DNA of 64,000 nucleotides from an uncultured Verrucomicrobiae bacterium (GTDB lineage Bacteria; Verrucomicrobiota; Verrucomicrobiia; Opitutales; Opitutaceae): NCBI GenBank assembly GCA_963800005.1, contig CAWCZH010000006.1, positions 1,690,226 to 1,754,225 of the forward strand, read 5' to 3'. Shown piece by piece: positions 60,834 to 64,000 of this stretch (position 1 is its first letter; each line of letters starts with the position of its first letter). The notes under the pieces were generated by a model. It saw only the letters and a program-made list of their open reading frames with translations, ran no database searches and was not told where the DNA came from. The position numbers and the translations under genes were made by a program.

Positions 60834-61559
60834 TCAGCGTTCGAGAGCGACGACGTTGAGAAATAGAGTGAGGCCGATCAGCGACAGGAAGAAGACGACG
60901 TCGTTCGGATCGATGATGCCCTTCGTGAACGCATCGAAATGGGTGATGAAGCTGAAATTGGCGATGGCGTCCGAAACAGAAACGGAGACGAAGCCCTGTA
61001 GGAAATCGGTGAAACTGCTATATCCGAGGAACAGCAGGATGGCGCAGGCCAGCACGCTGAGTATAAAACTCACGATTTGGTTTTTCGTGAGGGCCGACGT
61101 CAGGGTGCATACTCCGAGGTATCCCCCGGCCATGAGGATCGCTCCGAGATAGGTACTCGTGATCACACCCCAATCCGGGGAGCCGAGGTAGGCGAGCGTG
61201 AGCAGCAAGGGAAAACTGAGCAGCACGGCCAACGTGAGGAAGGCCCACGCCGCGAGGAATTTTCCAATGACGGCCTCGAGCGTCGTGACGGGCAGCGTGA
61301 ACAGGAGCTCCACCGTGCCGGAGCGCTTCTCCTCAGACCAGAGACGCATGCCCACGGCCGGAACGAGAAAGAGGAAGAGCCACGGGAAAAACCCGAAGTA
61401 GCTTTCCATACTCGCAACGCCAGCCTTGAAGAAGCCGCCGTAGCGGGAGAACGCGAGCGCCACGGAGGTGACGAGGAACGCGATCAGGAATACATAGCCG
61501 ACGGGCGTGCGAAAGTAGCCGAGGAACTCGCGTTTGAAAACGGGGGCGACCTGTTTCAT
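60834..61559 (-). CDS. ABC-2 type transporter permease (GldF-like)
   Basis: 241 aa with six TM helices, adjacent to the ATPase and GldG-like genes. Confidence 0.8.
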   Translation of the reverse strand: MKQVAPVFKREFLGYFRTPVGYVFLIAFLVTSVALAFSRYGGFFKAGVASMESYFGFFPWLFLFLVPAVGMRLWSEEKRSGTVELLFTLPVTTLEAVIGKFLAAWAFLTLAVLLSFPLLLTLAYLGSPDWGVITSTYLGAILMAGGYLGVCTLTSALTKNQIVSFILSVLACAILLFLGYSSFTDFLQGFVSVSVSDAIANFSFITHFDAFTKGIIDPNDVVFFLSLIGLTLFLNVVALER

Positions 61560-61594
61560 ATATATACGATATATAGTTTAATATAGTCGACAGG

Positions 61595-62314
61595 TCAGTC
61601 GGAGTCCGTCAGGTTGCGGAAGATCTCGTCGAGTCGCGAACCCGGGTGGCGCGCGAGGATCTGGGCCGGAGTCTCGTCAGCGACGATCCGGCCGCGGGAG
61701 ATGATGATGATCCTGGTGCAGAGCGCCTCGACTTCCTCGAGAATATGCGTGGAGAGAATCACGGCCTTTTCGACCGCCATGGAGCGGATCAGCGTGCGAA
61801 CCTCATTCTTCTGGTTCGGATCCAGGCCGTCCGTCGGCTCGTCGAGCACGAGGACGGCGGGGTCGTGGAGGAGGGCCTGCGCGAAGCCGACCCGTTGTTT
61901 ATATCCTTTCGAAAGTGTCTCGATCGTCTGGTGACGCACGGATTCGAGGTGCGTGAGCGATACCGCCCGGTTCACGTGATTTGCTTTCGCCTCCGGCCCG
62001 CGGAAGCCGCGCACCTCAGCGATGAATCCGAGAAATTCCTGCACGGTCATTTCCGGATACGCCGGTGCGCTCTCGGGCAGGTAGCCCAGCGTGCGCTTGA
62101 CCGCGACCGGATCCTGGGCCACGTCGACGCCGCCGACGAGGGCACGTCCGCCATCGGGCCGCAGGAACCCGGTGAGCATTTTCATCGTTGTCGATTTCCC
62201 GGCGCCATTCGGCCCCAAGAAACCGAGGATCTCGCCGCGGCGCACTGAGAACGAGACGCCGTCCACGGCGCGTTTCGAGCCGTAGATTTTAACCAGGCGT
62301 TCGACTTCAATCAT
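61595..62314 (-). CDS. ABC transporter ATP-binding protein (GldA-like)
   Basis: Walker A GPNGAGKST, signature LSKGYKQRV and Walker B VLVLDEP. Confidence 0.9.
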   Translation of the reverse strand: MIEVERLVKIYGSKRAVDGVSFSVRRGEILGFLGPNGAGKSTTMKMLTGFLRPDGGRALVGGVDVAQDPVAVKRTLGYLPESAPAYPEMTVQEFLGFIAEVRGFRGPEAKANHVNRAVSLTHLESVRHQTIETLSKGYKQRVGFAQALLHDPAVLVLDEPTDGLDPNQKNEVRTLIRSMAVEKAVILSTHILEEVEALCTRIIIISRGRIVADETPAQILARHPGSRLDEIFRNLTDSD

Positions 62315-62485
62315 AGTGGGTCAGTATAAAGGGGAGGGGAAAAGACGTGTGGGAAAAAGTTCCGTCGCGGTTCCGGCGAAAACTTTTCCTAAAAAAAAAG
62401 GACAGCCGGGTGACAAGCGGAAACTACACGCCGCCGGCGAACGCAAGGATTTACGCGGACGAGCCGCGGCGCGCCGCTCGCCGGA

Positions 62486-63604
62486 CTACGTCGCCGCGAG
62501 TTCCCGGCTCTTCTCGGTTTTCAGGCGGAGTTGTCCGCACGCGGCGGCGATATCGTGCCCCTTTTCGCGTCGGAGAGTGACCGAGATGCCGGCCGCGCGG
62601 AGGATATCCGCGAACCGCTCCTGCCGGGTGATGCTGGGGCGTTTCCATGGCAGGCCCTCGACCGTATTATACGGTATCAGATTCACGTGCGCGTGCAGGT
62701 CGAGCGCGATGTCGCGCAGGAGCTTCGCCTGCTCGAGGGAGTCGTTGATGTCCTCGATCAGGATGAACTCGAGCGTGATCATCCGGCCGTGCCGCTCGGA
62801 GAACGCCTTGGCAGCCGGCAGCAGTTTGCCGAGGGGAAAAGCCCGGTTGACCGGCATGATCTTTTCGCGGACTTCGTCCGTGGCGCCGTGCAGCGAAATC
62901 GCGAGTCGGAATCCCAGAGGCTCCTCGGCGAGTTTCAGGATTTTCGGCACGAGGCCGCTCGTCGAAATCGTGATGCGGCGAGCGCCGAATCCGAGTCCCC
63001 AGTCGGCGTTGACGATCGTGAGTGCCTGGATGAGCGCGTCATAATTGGCGAGGGGTTCGCCCATCCCCATCACCACGATATTGTCGAACGATGCCAGCTC
63101 CGAGCGTGCCCGCGGCGTGCGGTCGTCCTCGCGGTAGCAGACCTGCAGCAGCTGTGCGACGATCTCCCCGGCGCTCAGGTCGCGCTTCAATCCCGCCAGC
63201 CCGCTGGCGCAGAAGACGCAGGCCATCGCGCAGCCGACCTGGGTCGAGATGCAGATCGTCTTGCGGGAATGATCGACGCCCACACCGTCCTGCGGCGCGC
63301 GGATGATGACCGTCTCGATCAGCGAGCGGTCCTCCAGTTCCAGCAGCAGTTTGTCGGTAACGTCGTCGGATTGCTTGTTGAGGACGAGTTGGTGCTGGCA
63401 GGAGGGTAAAGGTGTCGTCGAGCCAGACGCGCAGCGGCTTCGGCAGGTTGGTCATCGTCGTCCCAGGAGCGGGCGCGCTTTTTGTACAGCCAGTCGAGGA
63501 TCTGGCGGGCGCGGAAAGCCGGCTCGCCGCGCGCCTCCAGGCGGGCGGTGAGCGACTCCAGGGTCTCGCCCGGTCAGCGGCAATTTCTCGGGTGCGAACT
63601 TCAT
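62486..63604 (-). pseudogene. rlmN: 23S rRNA/tRNA m2A methyltransferase RlmN (radical SAM), 5' end interrupted by three single-base frameshifts
   Basis: The long frame 62486..63283 has the CxxxCxxC radical-SAM cluster (VGCAMACVFC) and RlmN C-terminal blocks. The N-terminal blocks (MKFAPEKLPLTG / ETLESLTARLEARGEPAFRARQILDWLYKKRARSWDD / MTNLPKPLRVWLDDT / LPSCQHQLVLNKQ…) lie in alternating frames between 63.39 and 63.60 kb. Confidence 0.7.
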
Positions 63605-63684
63605 GGCACGTTATACGTGTATATATACCACGAACGGAGGCGATGTCGAATCGGGGCGCGGGCGGGGGCGGCGTTATATACAAA

Positions 63685-64000
63685 TCACTTCGCGAGCGCG
63701 CGATTGAGGGCGCTGACGATGGCCTTGATCGACGCGAGCTCGATGTTGGTGTCGATCCCGGCGCCGAAGAGCGTCGGACCCGCGGGCCGTCTTGATCTGG
63801 ATGTAGCTGACCGCGCGCGCCTCGGCGCCCTGGCCGAGCGAATGCTCGGCGTAGCTGACGACGTCGAACTTCGGCAGCGCGGTCGCCGCCGAGGGCGCGG
63901 ACGAAGGCGTCGATCGGACCGTTGCCCGCGCCGTTGATGACCTGCGGGCCAGCCGTCGATCGGACGCCGTCGGCCTCGCAGTTGCACGTCGCCGTCGCGG
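63685..64000 (-). pseudogene. C-terminal end of a 2-isopropylmalate/citramalate synthase-like gene (partial at window edge, frames inconsistent)
   Basis: The terminal minus-strand frame ends …IELASIKAIVSALNRALAK*. An adjacent frame has …INGAGNGPIDAFVRAL…, resembling the LeuA/CimA regulatory domain. The pieces are not in a single frame. Confidence 0.4.

Noticed and set aside
1-64000. CRISPR arrays, tRNA/rRNA genes, integrases, transposases, phage or defence-system genes
   Set aside because: No regularly spaced direct repeats with unique spacers, no tRNA-like T-arm (GGTTCGAATCC-like) sequences, and no recombinase or defence domain signatures were seen in any ORF.

Overview
This is a 64 kb high-GC bacterial chromosomal segment. 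Its gene content (PEP-CTERM protein, GldG-type ABC exporter, CE15/SGNH/alpha-beta esterases, Tat-exported enolase-superfamily enzyme) loosely suggests a Verrucomicrobiota- or Acidobacteria-like organism; this taxon guess is unverified. Most of it is housekeeping or metabolic: a Gfo/Idh/MocA oxidoreductase, an NhaP antiporter, an AraC-regulated CoA-transferase/crotonase pair, an MFP-OMF-RND efflux operon, a sucA-sucB-lpdA 2-oxoglutarate dehydrogenase operon, yciH, metF, and a gldA/F/G-like ABC-2 exporter with a DUF4340 partner. I saw no integrase, transposase, CRISPR array, tRNA or obvious defence genes, so this is not a classic mobile island. The points worth a second look are: (1) in-frame TATATA hexamers, mostly flanked by G/C, spread across the whole window inside conserved genes and clustered as AT-rich palindromes at gene boundaries, including a perfect 31-bp palindrome over the lpdA stop; (2) a large sedolisin (S53) protease fused to seven near-identical ~58-aa FG-GAP-like blades encoded by a tandem DNA repeat, next to a CheD-HDOD gene pair; (3) an M14 carboxypeptidase gene broken by at least four frameshifts over about 1 kb, though its terminator is intact; (4) three single-base indels in the 5' end of rlmN and more in a leuA/cimA-like gene fragment at the window edge; (5) a ~45-bp intergenic element present twice (30.8 kb and 37.6 kb), one copy inside a ~120-bp long-range inverted repeat; (6) phased A-tract direct repeats in the divergent efflux / PEP-CTERM promoter region; (7) a Tat-exported enolase-superfamily enzyme next to a diheme cytochrome c. 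Coordinates of start codons are approximate where I have said so.
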